This document shows positions 38,991-50,000 of a stretch of 64,000 nt of DNA, piece after piece. The notes below the pieces were generated by a model, which was not told the DNA's origin, ran no database searches, and saw nothing but the letters and a program-made list of their open reading frames with translations. The DNA comes from a bacterium. Lineage in GTDB: Bacteria > Fidelibacterota > Fidelibacteria > Fidelibacterales > Fidelibacteraceae. Made by a program: the position numbers and the translations under genes. Positions within the stretch are counted from its first letter, which is position 1. Each line of letters begins with the position of its first letter. The DNA lies in assembly GCA_963676395.1 (NCBI GenBank), contig OY781066.1, positions 576,001-640,000 on the forward strand, in the 5' to 3' direction.

Positions 38991-41900
38991 CTAGAAACTG
39001 ACAGACAATCCCAAAGTAAAGGTTCTTGGATACAAGAAAGTCATAGAAGTCAAGTTAGGCATATCAATATATGCTCTTTTATTATATAGGTTTTCTACAA
39101 CATCTTTATCTTGAAGCACAAATTCTGATCCATTCCATCGGTAAAAAGACTCACCTTTATCTATACCATCCGCTTGATTGTGATAAAGAACAGATTCAAG
39201 AGGATCACTCACTGAACTAATGTCGGCATGTGATTCAATCGGAACAAATTCACCATAAGTATTTATATCACCGATCTTATCATTTCCGCGGAAGACTTCA
39301 TTTTCTTCCCAGAACAAGTGTAATGAGTTAATATAACCATCTTGCCAATCAATTGAACCAGTTGCACCAGTAGATGAAAGTGATTTAATATTAAATACAT
39401 TATCAACATCTAAATACAACTTAAAGTTCATATTGCCCATTGAAAGAGTTTTTGAAACTCTCAAGTCACATGACCAGGAATCTTTCCATTCAAAGGGATA
39501 ATAAATAGTATTATCAGCCGGCAAAGTAACTCTAGAATATGAATTTCTGCTAGAGTATCCACCATCGCTCCACTTAGCAAGAATACTTGCTGTCCAGTTA
39601 CCTGAGATCTGAGGGCTCATTCCCCAAAGAGAAAAATCAGCGGGTGTTTTCAGGATCAGGTTAGCACGAGCATAAGGCGAAGGGTATGGATAATTTTCTA
39701 CCGGGTTATCTTTTAGATCTCGTTCTCTTAGCGCAGGATTCGTTAGATATTCTTCTTTATCCATAGGCATACCGAATGCACCTGATCTATAAATTTGGTA
39801 TGTAAAATTCACAAAACCACTTACCCAGCGACCAGATTTCTTAAGTGTTAATTCCAAACCACTTACATCTTTGTACTCACGAGATTCTGCCAAGTAATAA
39901 CTTGTTTGACCTTTACCACTTCCTAGACTGATGTATTTTGTCCAATCTTCTTCATTCTTGGTATCATTATAAAAAGCAGCGATCTTAATCAGATATTGAT
40001 CAAAGAGACTGTGTTCATAACCCAACTCATACATGATTGTTTTTGAAAATGGTAATTCGGGATTACCTAGGTAACGAATATTACCGCCATCACCGTAGCG
40101 ATCCACAAGATACAAATAACGTGCTGTTGGCTGAGTTGAGAAATGTCCATAGTTAAAATACAATTTTGAATTAACTGAAATAGGGTGTGAAATACCAATA
40201 CGGGGGTTTAAGCTATGGACAGCCTTTGTATTACGATAGCTAGCCAATGTATCTAAATCAAAACCATATACTGCATTTAATAATGTATCATATGCTGTAA
40301 GATCATACCAATCGCCGTTCAGGTCATACATATCGTAACGTAAACCGGCATTTACGACCAAACCTTCGAATTCAAGTTTATCAAGAACGTAAGCACCCAA
40401 ACGAATGGGTGTTTGATCCCAGTTATGATAATTTTCCCATGTAGTCATAGGAGCGACCAACCATGAATCAACAACATTATGTGTATACATGAAGTTAAGT
40501 CCGGTTTTGATCTGGCTGTGTCTATTGATCTGATTTTGATAATCGGCTTTAATGGTTGTTGCAGTATTATAACTTCGATCTCTTGCAAAACCGGCCCAAT
40601 CGGTTCTGGCGCCATCAATTAAGCTTGGACTATAACTAATATGATAACCACTGGGATAATCATTCATGATCCAATGATCATATGCACCATAAATATCTTT
40701 GAACATTCTTAGTGTATCAGTAAGGTCCAAAGAATCCATAGGTGTAATACTATAGTTTGTTCTTGTATGATTTACGATCAATTTTGCAAATGATTTTTCA
40801 TTAAATTGATGATTTAATTCTGCTCCATAACCCCAACGTTCAATATCGATCGGATTATTATAGCCATTTTGAAAAACAGCATACGAAGTAGAAGCTAAAT
40901 TCGCAACGCTCCAATCAGAAGAATAATATCCACCGCTTGAAGGACTGTTGTTATTTGTAGTACTAACACCCTGTGTTAAACCATAGTTTCCAGAGAATGT
41001 TAATGTAGTTTTTTTATCAAGATCCATTGTTAAATTGGCACGAAAAGCATCATCATTCAAATTATTTCTGGAAAGAGGGATGATATATGCTCTTTGACTT
41101 CCTCGGTATGATATAAAAAATCTTGTATTCAAAGCCTTCATAATAGGACCGCCAAAACCAACATCAACGATATAATCGGGTGATGTGTGTGATAGTTGAC
41201 GGCGATGTTCGTATTCGTAGATCGCTTTCAACTGCGCCGGTGTCATATCATTACTAGGATCCGCATCTTGCATCAATTGTTGAGATAAGCCATTGTAACC
41301 ACCTTCAAAACCGCGGTACTGTGCTTTTTCATAAATATCCCATGCACTATTATCTGTACCCGTCCAACAAACATCCTCATCAAGATATGATCTATGCCAA
41401 TACCCCATAGGGTCTGCGAGGTCATTTCCAAAGTGTTTAGCTTGAAGGGGTGTATACTTAATATCAAAAGATCCGGTATATTTTTCGCGATCACCTTTTT
41501 TAGTCACAACCGAAACAACACCCGAACGGGCATTGTCATATTCAGCCGAAAAGCCACCCACTTGGACCTGAACTTCCTGAACAGCAGAAATAGGCATAGA
41601 CGTATAAGGAGTATTTGAACGCGAATCATTTGTTGACATTCCATCAACAAGATACGTCATTTCATCTGTATCTCCACCACGAATACTTAATCCGTCAACA
41701 CCGGCCTGGAGTGAAACCGCTTCGGAAATACTTTTTACAGGCATTTCCTTGATCTCATCCTTAGAAATGTTGGTTTGGCTGGAAGAAATATCGGTTCTAA
41801 CGATAGGTCTTTTAGCTACAACAACTACTTCTTCTCCCTTATAAGCTTCAACAGACATAAGGAAGTCAACTTTAGTGTTTAGATCAATCTTTACAATAAT

Positions 41901-42164
41901 ATCATTTTGGACCAGTTTTGCATAACCAACATAGATTGCCGTAACCGTGTAGGTGCCGGGAGTTACATTTAGAATTGTAAAGTAACCGTCTGCATCAGCA
42001 GCAGCGCCTAGAGTTGTCCCTGCAACAAGTACATTTGCACCTGCCAAAGGCTCCTTGGTATCTACATCAATAACACGTCCACTGATCTTACCGGTTGTTG
42101 CCGCTGAAGCGAACATAAATAAACCGGCGAGCAGAATACATAGTATTATTTTTTTAACTTTCAT
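38991..42164 (-). CDS. TonB-dependent receptor 2 with carboxypeptidase-regulatory-like N-domain
   Basis: TTGKISGRVID...PLAGANV, IRGG plug motif, GGFSAEY...SGVVSVVTK, NPRIGISHP, C-terminal PRTFTLGLSVSF. Confidence 0.9.
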   Translation of the reverse strand: MKVKKIILCILLAGLFMFASAATTGKISGRVIDVDTKEPLAGANVLVAGTTLGAAADADGYFTILNVTPGTYTVTAIYVGYAKLVQNDIIVKIDLNTKVDFLMSVEAYKGEEVVVVAKRPIVRTDISSSQTNISKDEIKEMPVKSISEAVSLQAGVDGLSIRGGDTDEMTYLVDGMSTNDSRSNTPYTSMPISAVQEVQVQVGGFSAEYDNARSGVVSVVTKKGDREKYTGSFDIKYTPLQAKHFGNDLADPMGYWHRSYLDEDVCWTGTDNSAWDIYEKAQYRGFEGGYNGLSQQLMQDADPSNDMTPAQLKAIYEYEHRRQLSHTSPDYIVDVGFGGPIMKALNTRFFISYRGSQRAYIIPLSRNNLNDDAFRANLTMDLDKKTTLTFSGNYGLTQGVSTTNNNSPSSGGYYSSDWSVANLASTSYAVFQNGYNNPIDIERWGYGAELNHQFNEKSFAKLIVNHTRTNYSITPMDSLDLTDTLRMFKDIYGAYDHWIMNDYPSGYHISYSPSLIDGARTDWAGFARDRSYNTATTIKADYQNQINRHSQIKTGLNFMYTHNVVDSWLVAPMTTWENYHNWDQTPIRLGAYVLDKLEFEGLVVNAGLRYDMYDLNGDWYDLTAYDTLLNAVYGFDLDTLASYRNTKAVHSLNPRIGISHPISVNSKLYFNYGHFSTQPTARYLYLVDRYGDGGNIRYLGNPELPFSKTIMYELGYEHSLFDQYLIKIAAFYNDTKNEEDWTKYISLGSGKGQTSYYLAESREYKDVSGLELTLKKSGRWVSGFVNFTYQIYRSGAFGMPMDKEEYLTNPALRERDLKDNPVENYPYPSPYARANLILKTPADFSLWGMSPQISGNWTASILAKWSDGGYSSRNSYSRVTLPADNTIYYPFEWKDSWSCDLRVSKTLSMGNMNFKLYLDVDNVFNIKSLSSTGATGSIDWQDGYINSLHLFWEENEVFRGNDKIGDINTYGEFVPIESHADISSVSDPLESVLYHNQADGIDKGESFYRWNGSEFVLQDKDVVENLYNKRAYIDMPNLTSMTFLYPRTFTLGLSVSF

Positions 42165-42186
42165 CGTTTCATCCAATAGTAATTGG

Positions 42187-43197
42187 TTAGAATGAGTATC
42201 TTAGTGTAATGCTTTGAGTATTATTGAAAATACCGAAAGGAGTGTAAGAGTAATCAAAAATGATTCCAGCAACACTAACACCAGTTCCAAAAGTCAAACC
42301 GCGCTCATCACGATTTCCCATATAACCGACTCTGGCAAAGAAAAGATTTTGAAATTTATATTCCAGACCTAGGTCAATGTATTCCGGATATGATCTGGGA
42401 TGACTGGCATCCATACTAAATAGCAATGAATGAGCAGGATTTGATTCTTCAAACAGATCCATAAGATCCATTGAAACACCCATAGTGAATGTCAAGGGAA
42501 GCTGAAAACTTTCTTCTTCATACATTACTTCACCAGAGAAGTTTCTAACGCTCATACCAAAAACAAAGCTTTTCCACCCTGTTTTAAAATATGTACCAAA
42601 ATCAAAAGCAAAAGCGCTTTGTACATATCGTCTGGTTTCCACAGAATTGGTACTCTCTTGACGATTTTGAACCAAAACGTTACTTACACCAAGATCCTGA
42701 GTAATCCATTTAACCTGACCACCCACTGAGAACTTAGTACTCAAAGCCATAGCATAACCTAAACCTAAATTAATAGCAGTAGGGTGAATTATGCCTGTTT
42801 CAATATAACCTTGGTCATTTCCCCAAAATTCAGTTGCCTCAATTTCACCGTAATCTACATTTGCCAATGAAAAAGCAACCGTACCATAACGGCCATCACC
42901 CAAAGTCATTGCACCTGAAAATGCATTATGTTTTATATCGGCAATCCAGTTATTATATGATGCCGTCAAATCAATCGCGCTATTCATATAACCTAGAGTT
43001 GCTGGATTGTAATAAATAGCAGCAGAACCGCATTCTACAGAGTTCAACGCACCAGCCATACCATTGGCTCTTGCATCTGAGCGTACGCTCAGAAATTGAA
43101 AACCCGTTTGGGCAATTTTATTGTAATCATTTTCTGCAAACACCATTGAGACGCTTAACAAAATGATCAGTACCAGTACAATACTTTTATGTTTCAT
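42187..43197 (-). CDS. PorV/PorQ-family outer-membrane beta-barrel
   Basis: AQTGFQFLSV..DARANGMAGA, IYYNPA N-terminal signature; FDYSYTPFG...SITLRYSF. Confidence 0.82.
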   Translation of the reverse strand: MKHKSIVLVLIILLSVSMVFAENDYNKIAQTGFQFLSVRSDARANGMAGALNSVECGSAAIYYNPATLGYMNSAIDLTASYNNWIADIKHNAFSGAMTLGDGRYGTVAFSLANVDYGEIEATEFWGNDQGYIETGIIHPTAINLGLGYAMALSTKFSVGGQVKWITQDLGVSNVLVQNRQESTNSVETRRYVQSAFAFDFGTYFKTGWKSFVFGMSVRNFSGEVMYEEESFQLPLTFTMGVSMDLMDLFEESNPAHSLLFSMDASHPRSYPEYIDLGLEYKFQNLFFARVGYMGNRDERGLTFGTGVSVAGIIFDYSYTPFGIFNNTQSITLRYSF

Positions 43198-43232
43198 AGA
43201 GATTTCCTCTTTTTTCATTTAGTGAAACTAAT

Positions 43233-44705
43233 TTATTTTACAAAAATCATATTGATGTCTTCACCGGCAAAACTTGGAGAAACTGTCATCAGGTAAAGGT
43301 TTTCATCAAAATTATACATATAAATCACTTTGTCAATATCGGCACTTACAAACAATTCTTTGAATGTGACCCCAGTGACATTGGCTGTGAAGGGATTGAA
43401 TTTCTTACCACCAGTATCAAAATCTTGGATACGCTTATACATTGTAATAGCACCTCTATCTAGAAATACTCTTAAAGTATCAACATCTTCCATATCTACA
43501 ACGTCAAGAATAAAAATTCCCTGAGGGAGATCTTTCTCAAAAGTAAATTTAATACCTTTGTTCATATCAGCAGTTGTGACAATATCCAAACCACTAAGTA
43601 GAGCATTCATTTTGTCGGCATTTCTTAATAGATCAGTAACAGACAACTGTTCATCAGGCCCCCATAGTGTTGAATCACATTGGTAACAGCTATGCAAAGC
43701 TTTTGTAACTGTCGGAGCAAATAGTTTGTCTACAATAGCTCTTGTCTCAGCATCTTCAGTGTACATTGAGTTAAAAATACCTACACTGAATTTGAAATAG
43801 TTTTCAATACCTTCGGGAGTTGTTGCAAACTGGCCCGAAGATTTTGTTGATTCCGCTCTTAACCATCTCACGAAATAGCGACCAACAGGAAGATCATATT
43901 TGATTTTAGCAACAACTTCACCTGATCCACCATCGCCGCGACCACCGAATTCAGCAGCCATTGTCCAGTTAATGCTGTTATCTTTCATAGGTACTCTTAC
44001 ACCATCTTCATCCCAAACTCTCATTGACATGTGTTCATCGAAATAGAATGTATATTCATCTTCGGTTGTAATATCAACATATGAATACAGTGACATAACT
44101 TCAATCGCTTGACAAGTAACTCTATAACGTTTCTCACCTACTTCAAGTACCGGGATATTACCGGTTTTACCATACAAGCATCTAACGGCTTCCGTATAGA
44201 ATTCCATATTAGAGTATGTGGTAGGAATATTGAATATCTGTTCTGCACCGGTTGAATTTATAGTTGAGAAAGTTGCAGCAATTTCTGTTTCAATATCATC
44301 TGTAATGATCACTTCATCAAAACTCTGACCGGTTAACATACTGCTAACAACTGAATCAGTTTTATTTAGATAAAGTTCAATAGTTGATATTGAATCATAA
44401 TAATTTTCAATTGTGGCAAATGCAACGGTACGGTTGGCATCACCATTAACGATCTGTGCTGTAATTTTAGTATTGATAATTTTATCATCAGTAGCATTCA
44501 GCATTAAAGCATCAACATTCTTATCATCAAGAAAATAAGGATCTGTTAATGCAAAAAGTGTTTTACCCGTATATAAACCGTTATCAACGGAAATACATGC
44601 GGCCTTGTCGAAATGTTCCATTTCGTATGTGTCGGTGTTTTCCCATATGGAACAACTTACCAATGCGAACATCACCAACATCAGAAGAATAACTTGTTTT
44701 TTCAT
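43233..44705 (-). CDS. hypothetical lipoprotein
   Basis: Lipobox LVSC; no recognisable catalytic motif. Confidence 0.6.
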   Translation of the reverse strand: MKKQVILLMLVMFALVSCSIWENTDTYEMEHFDKAACISVDNGLYTGKTLFALTDPYFLDDKNVDALMLNATDDKIINTKITAQIVNGDANRTVAFATIENYYDSISTIELYLNKTDSVVSSMLTGQSFDEVIITDDIETEIAATFSTINSTGAEQIFNIPTTYSNMEFYTEAVRCLYGKTGNIPVLEVGEKRYRVTCQAIEVMSLYSYVDITTEDEYTFYFDEHMSMRVWDEDGVRVPMKDNSINWTMAAEFGGRGDGGSGEVVAKIKYDLPVGRYFVRWLRAESTKSSGQFATTPEGIENYFKFSVGIFNSMYTEDAETRAIVDKLFAPTVTKALHSCYQCDSTLWGPDEQLSVTDLLRNADKMNALLSGLDIVTTADMNKGIKFTFEKDLPQGIFILDVVDMEDVDTLRVFLDRGAITMYKRIQDFDTGGKKFNPFTANVTGVTFKELFVSADIDKVIYMYNFDENLYLMTVSPSFAGEDINMIFVK

Positions 44706-44722
44706 TTTTACCTCGACTCTGT

Positions 44723-47077
44723 TTATCGAATGATTATGAATTTCTTAAAGATCGAATCTCCGCGATCAAGTCTTACACCTGTTACATCGCTATAGAAATC
44801 TTCGATCATTTCTAGATGAGCAATATATACGCCACTAACCAGGATCTGTTGCCAATCGGTCGTTAGATACCATGCGTAACCTTCTTCACTTTCGGTTACT
44901 TCAGCTACATAATCGCCTCGTTCAGTGTATATCTTAATTCTGCAACCCGAAGGTACACGAGCAAATAACAGTTTATTTACATTACCAATAAACTGGATTT
45001 TTTCATTTCGAACATTGATAGGATTAGGAACAACTTTTACAAGTTTTTTCATAAGTTCCTTTCTATCGTTCGGATCATCGAGATCATATTGTGAAACATC
45101 AATATCTTCGGGTGGAGCCGGAGGACTTTTTACCGTAGCACCACGATTTGTTCTTGTATAGAACGGAGAAGATTTTAATGCAACACCGGGTTCAATAATA
45201 TTTTGACTTCCATCATCGTAAGAGACAAGATAGTAAAAATAATTCTGACCTTTTAGAGGTTCGGTATCAACATATTCAAATTCCGTATCAGACCCTTCTT
45301 GCTTATAGCTATCAAGACCTTCATCTAAATTGATGTCTGCAATTTCATAATATGTTGAATCCTTTTCAATAAATGCACGATATATCTTAAATCCTTGGAA
45401 AGCTGGTGAAGCTAAGGCTTCGGTTCCATCCCATTGAATCTTTACACCATCTTCAGTTGAAAAGATCTCTACAGTTTGTGGAGGTCTTGGTGCCTGAGGA
45501 ATACCGGCATAAAAATCTGATTTATAAAGATTGATTGCACGACGGAAAGTATTCATCAACGAATCACGACCACTGTAAACCATCGCATCTTTCCAGGCAT
45601 CTCCGGCTGCTTTACCGCTAACAGAAATAGTTGATGTTGGGTTAGCTGGATCGATCAAATCAAGTGTTTCGCCACCATAAACTACTTTATACCACTGCTG
45701 ACCTACCCAATAGGCATAATCATGATCTAAACCGGCAGCACATTCTGCAAAAGCAATCTTGATCTTTTCACCCGGGGCAATCGTATATGGACCAAAAGCC
45801 AACATCTGCGAATAACCGGCAGATCCATTTGCTTTAGAATAATCACCGGCTTTACCATCAAAGGTATCCCAAATTCTTTTAGCGTGATTTGCCCTGTGCC
45901 CACCTTCCATGTGTTGTTCATACTTGTAGGTCATACCGGTTGCATCATATTGATCCAAACCGGCTGTATTTGTATAAGGATGGTTTGAATTAATAAACGA
46001 GCTACCTGTTGGTTGGGCAAGATCATCACTTTTATCACTGGCTGATTTATCTGCATGGACAACAACCATTCCTTTATACTGAGCTGAACCCAAGCGTCCA
46101 TCATTAATAGCGGAGAAGCCATGATGAACCACTGAATTTACATTGGGAGAGCCGATATTATCATAACCAAAGTCCGACCATAACCCCATCCAAGAGGCAT
46201 AGCCGCGCATCCAATTACCTTCATTGTCCTGTGCATCCTGACCTGTGCGATCAACATAAGGAGAAGTAACAATAGGATTGTTTTGATCCATGCCAATTAC
46301 ATCAGTCATCATACTGTAACCCCAACGTACATCACGAACAGATGTAGATATCCAGTTACGATGAGCTGTCGTATATACGCCGTTCCAGCAACCTTCCTGA
46401 GAAATAGCATCACGCCATTGCCAATGAAAGTAAACATCTTCTAATGTTTGAGAATAAACATTGCCATCGGCATCATAAATACCGGTGTTTTCAAACTCAT
46501 ATTCAATAATATGAATATTATCGTAATTCTGCTGTGATACGGCATAAACCTTTTTAACAAAAGTCAGTCCGGTAGATGTATTAACTGTATTGGAAACGAT
46601 GCGATCTGCAAGTTGAGCAGGATTAATTTCGTCAACATCATCGTTCTTTCCATTTGTACCATTCATCATATCGGAGCCTTCGCTTTCATCCACATATACT
46701 TCGGGATGAGCATAACGAGCGCTCATTTTAAGTTCCAGAGGAATAAACTCTCTAATTTCGATATCAGGCACGGAACGAGGACCATTATGAACAACTTTAT
46801 GAGGATATACAAAGCCTTTGACGGGATCGTAAAAGTTCTTTACACCAATCCACATACCTTTAGCAGCCTGCATATCTTGGTCACGATAAAACGAATCCCA
46901 AGTAAATCCCCATTGTTGCTGACCATAGTTAACTTCTTCCCATTCTGTACCGGTATCATAATAGAAGTTCCATAAGGAACCTATCGTGATCCATTTATAA
47001 CGGGTTGCGGCTTGAGTTGACAGAACTGTCATCAACAACAGAACGAATATCAAGCCTTTTCTAAGATTTCTAATCAT
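44723..47077 (-). CDS. secreted ~780-aa protein with FN3 domain and variant sorting tail, paralog 1
   Basis: Signal peptide; FGPYTIAPGE, PQAPRPP, GFKIYRA, YFYYLVSYD; VVPNPI...IYTERGDYV...SGVYIAH...KKFIIIR. Confidence 0.75.
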   Translation of the reverse strand: MIRNLRKGLIFVLLLMTVLSTQAATRYKWITIGSLWNFYYDTGTEWEEVNYGQQQWGFTWDSFYRDQDMQAAKGMWIGVKNFYDPVKGFVYPHKVVHNGPRSVPDIEIREFIPLELKMSARYAHPEVYVDESEGSDMMNGTNGKNDDVDEINPAQLADRIVSNTVNTSTGLTFVKKVYAVSQQNYDNIHIIEYEFENTGIYDADGNVYSQTLEDVYFHWQWRDAISQEGCWNGVYTTAHRNWISTSVRDVRWGYSMMTDVIGMDQNNPIVTSPYVDRTGQDAQDNEGNWMRGYASWMGLWSDFGYDNIGSPNVNSVVHHGFSAINDGRLGSAQYKGMVVVHADKSASDKSDDLAQPTGSSFINSNHPYTNTAGLDQYDATGMTYKYEQHMEGGHRANHAKRIWDTFDGKAGDYSKANGSAGYSQMLAFGPYTIAPGEKIKIAFAECAAGLDHDYAYWVGQQWYKVVYGGETLDLIDPANPTSTISVSGKAAGDAWKDAMVYSGRDSLMNTFRRAINLYKSDFYAGIPQAPRPPQTVEIFSTEDGVKIQWDGTEALASPAFQGFKIYRAFIEKDSTYYEIADINLDEGLDSYKQEGSDTEFEYVDTEPLKGQNYFYYLVSYDDGSQNIIEPGVALKSSPFYTRTNRGATVKSPPAPPEDIDVSQYDLDDPNDRKELMKKLVKVVPNPINVRNEKIQFIGNVNKLLFARVPSGCRIKIYTERGDYVAEVTESEEGYAWYLTTDWQQILVSGVYIAHLEMIEDFYSDVTGVRLDRGDSIFKKFIIIR

Positions 47078-47095
47078 TTTTTACTCACTTTCCGA

Positions 47096-50000
47096 TTATA
47101 GATCAATTGACAATTGAACACCCACATAAATACGTCTAGGATTCAAGAACATGTAAGCCGTGTTTGCAGGATTATCAATATAAGCATTGCTTTCAATTAC
47201 CTCTTTGACCACATCATCACTGACGGTCGTAATTATTCCATTTTCGGTACGTGACCACAAACCTGTTTCTTCAACATAATAAATTACACTTGGATCTGAA
47301 ACCTGTGTAGTATTATTAGCAAACTCCATAGGTTGATATGCTACACCACCAGGTCTATAATCATAGTATTTATCTGCAGAAGCTTTGGTACCTTCCGGAT
47401 AATATTCGGGTGAGAGGTGATCCTGATCGGTTTCTTCGTATGCTGCTGTTGGAAAATGCAAGGATTCAATATAATGATCTACCTGATATCCATCAACTGT
47501 AGAATAACCGTTACCGTAAGCTTGTCCAGCCAAACTCAATCTTTTCAAATTAAAAAGATTATCAATCTGCATTAACAAATTCAAGTTAACAGGACCCAGC
47601 TTTAAAGGTTTCATCAGCTTCATATTGCAATAATATGAGTCTCTGATCTCAATAATATTCGAATAGAAGCCTCTTGTTCTGCTTGTATAATACCCGGCAT
47701 CATACCAACTACCATTCACAGAAAGACTCCAGTTACCCAAAAGCTGACCATATTGTGCTGGTGTGCGTAATACAATATTTGCTTTAACCGAAGGAAGAGG
47801 AATGCTCTTTGATTGTTTTTTACTATCTGTATTCTGGATCATCTTAAGATAAGCCTCAGATCCTTCATCTTCATAAACACTTGGCCAATCAAAAGTACCG
47901 TTACTTGAAGATCGTAAATTCAGATTAATAAAACCACGAAGCCATTCGCCACGGCGTTTTTTCAAGGTAACTTCCAAACCGCGAATATCCTGATAGTATC
48001 TATCATCTGAAACATCATAAGAAATACCGTCGATACTCCGGTATGTTGTTGTCGTAGCTTGATTGGTTTTATCTTTATAGTATGCAGCAATGTGCAATAA
48101 ATAATCACTTGTGATAGCTTGATCAAAACCTAATTCGTAAGAAACGGTTTTTTCAAACTGTGTTTCGGGATTACCAATCCATGATAAACTATAATCACCA
48201 TATCGTCTTAACTGGAAATAATAATCCGGATCCATTTTCTGATACATATGACCGTAATTGAAGTATAGCTTAGATGTTTCGGTGATGGGATGCGAGATAC
48301 CAACACGAGGCATCACTTTAAACTGACCTTTTGCTTTACGAGTCGGGAAAGTTGCACTTGCCAAAGAATCATTTAGCGCATAAGGCTTATAAAGATCGCT
48401 TAAAAAAAGTTCATCCCATCCCAATGAATCCATGTCATACCACTCACAATTTGGATTCCAGTATTCGGCTCGAACACCCATCTGTGCAACCAAGCCTTCG
48501 TATTCAAGTTTATCGGTTATATAGGCATCAATTTGAAAAGGATTTTGTACCCACATGGTGTTTGTCGCAGTCGAGGCTGTAAGTGATTTTTCTGATCCGT
48601 AGTTCATATCATAAACCCAATACTGAGCCTGAACTCCGGCCTTGACCTCATTGCGATCATCTATCTGTGATTTAATATCATATTTTGCTTTAATATGTGA
48701 TGTTTTTGTACTGTCATAAGGCCACTGTACATATCCTGTAAAGAAATTAGTTGTTGCATTTGTACGATCCATCACAGTATGAAAACCATAAGGTCTTTCA
48801 TCCATATAAAGGTCAACACCTTCAATACCTGCAAAAATATCATATAAAGTTGTATCTCTTACTTCACCCGGATATGAATTGTAGGCAGTCTGTGAATATT
48901 CAACAGAACCTTCCCAGAACGTTCTTTCATTCACAATACTTTTTAATGTAGCAGCATACATGCTATTAGCACGCTCTGTCAAGCCATAATAGTTCGGATA
49001 GAACAGTCTTGACATAGCCCAACCACCAGAGATGGCTCCAGATCCCGTAGTGTAAACACCCGGAGTACCGGAAAGACTTGTAGCCGTACCGTGATAGCCA
49101 TTTAACATACTAAATAAACTTAGTTTTGTTTTTTGGCTCAAATCACTGGTGACCTTAGCGGTCCAAGTCCAATCTGCATACTTATCTGTCGCCAAAGGTT
49201 GCATGTAAGCGGTCTGATTTGCTAGATATGTGGTAAAAAATCTTAAGTTACCAAGTTTTTTACTAAAAGGAAGAGGGCCACTCAATGAAAAATCTACATT
49301 ATAATTAGGTATTTGTTTTGAGTAAAAATCATCGCCACGGCGTACAAGATATCTAAATTGTTGCTGTAAAGCCAAAGGCGAAAGATCGTTAGTTGGGTCA
49401 TCATCATTCATCAATCCTTCAGATACTGCATTCCAACCGTCAAACTTAGCGTATTCACCTTGAGTATGAGCATCCCAAGCACCATTATCGGTACCTGTCC
49501 AACATACTTCATCATCAAGATATGGTCTCAAGAAAATAGAATTCTCATCATACATTGATGTAACAACATTTCCTGAAATATCTGTCGAAGCAAAGTTTCT
49601 GTTTTGGTAAGGACTGTACTTAATATTTGCGCTTACTCTGATTTTTTCAGGATTACCTTCTTTAGTAACAATACTAACCATACCGGATTGAAGATCGGAG
49701 TATTCTGCAGAAAAACCACCGGATTGAACCATGATCTCTTCAATCGAAGATAAAGAAATATTTGAGATCGGATTACCCGTACGGTTATCTTTCATGGTTA
49801 AACCATCAACTAACAATGTCGTTTCATCAAGATCTCCGGCACGAACCTCCAAACCACTCATACCAGCTTCCATACCAATAACATCTTCAATGTCTGTAGC
49901 TGGAAGATCCATAATCTCATCTTTACTGATATTCAACTGACTGGAAGCAACATCAACCTGAACCGGCTTACGTTCTGCGGTTACAACGATCTCTTGACCT

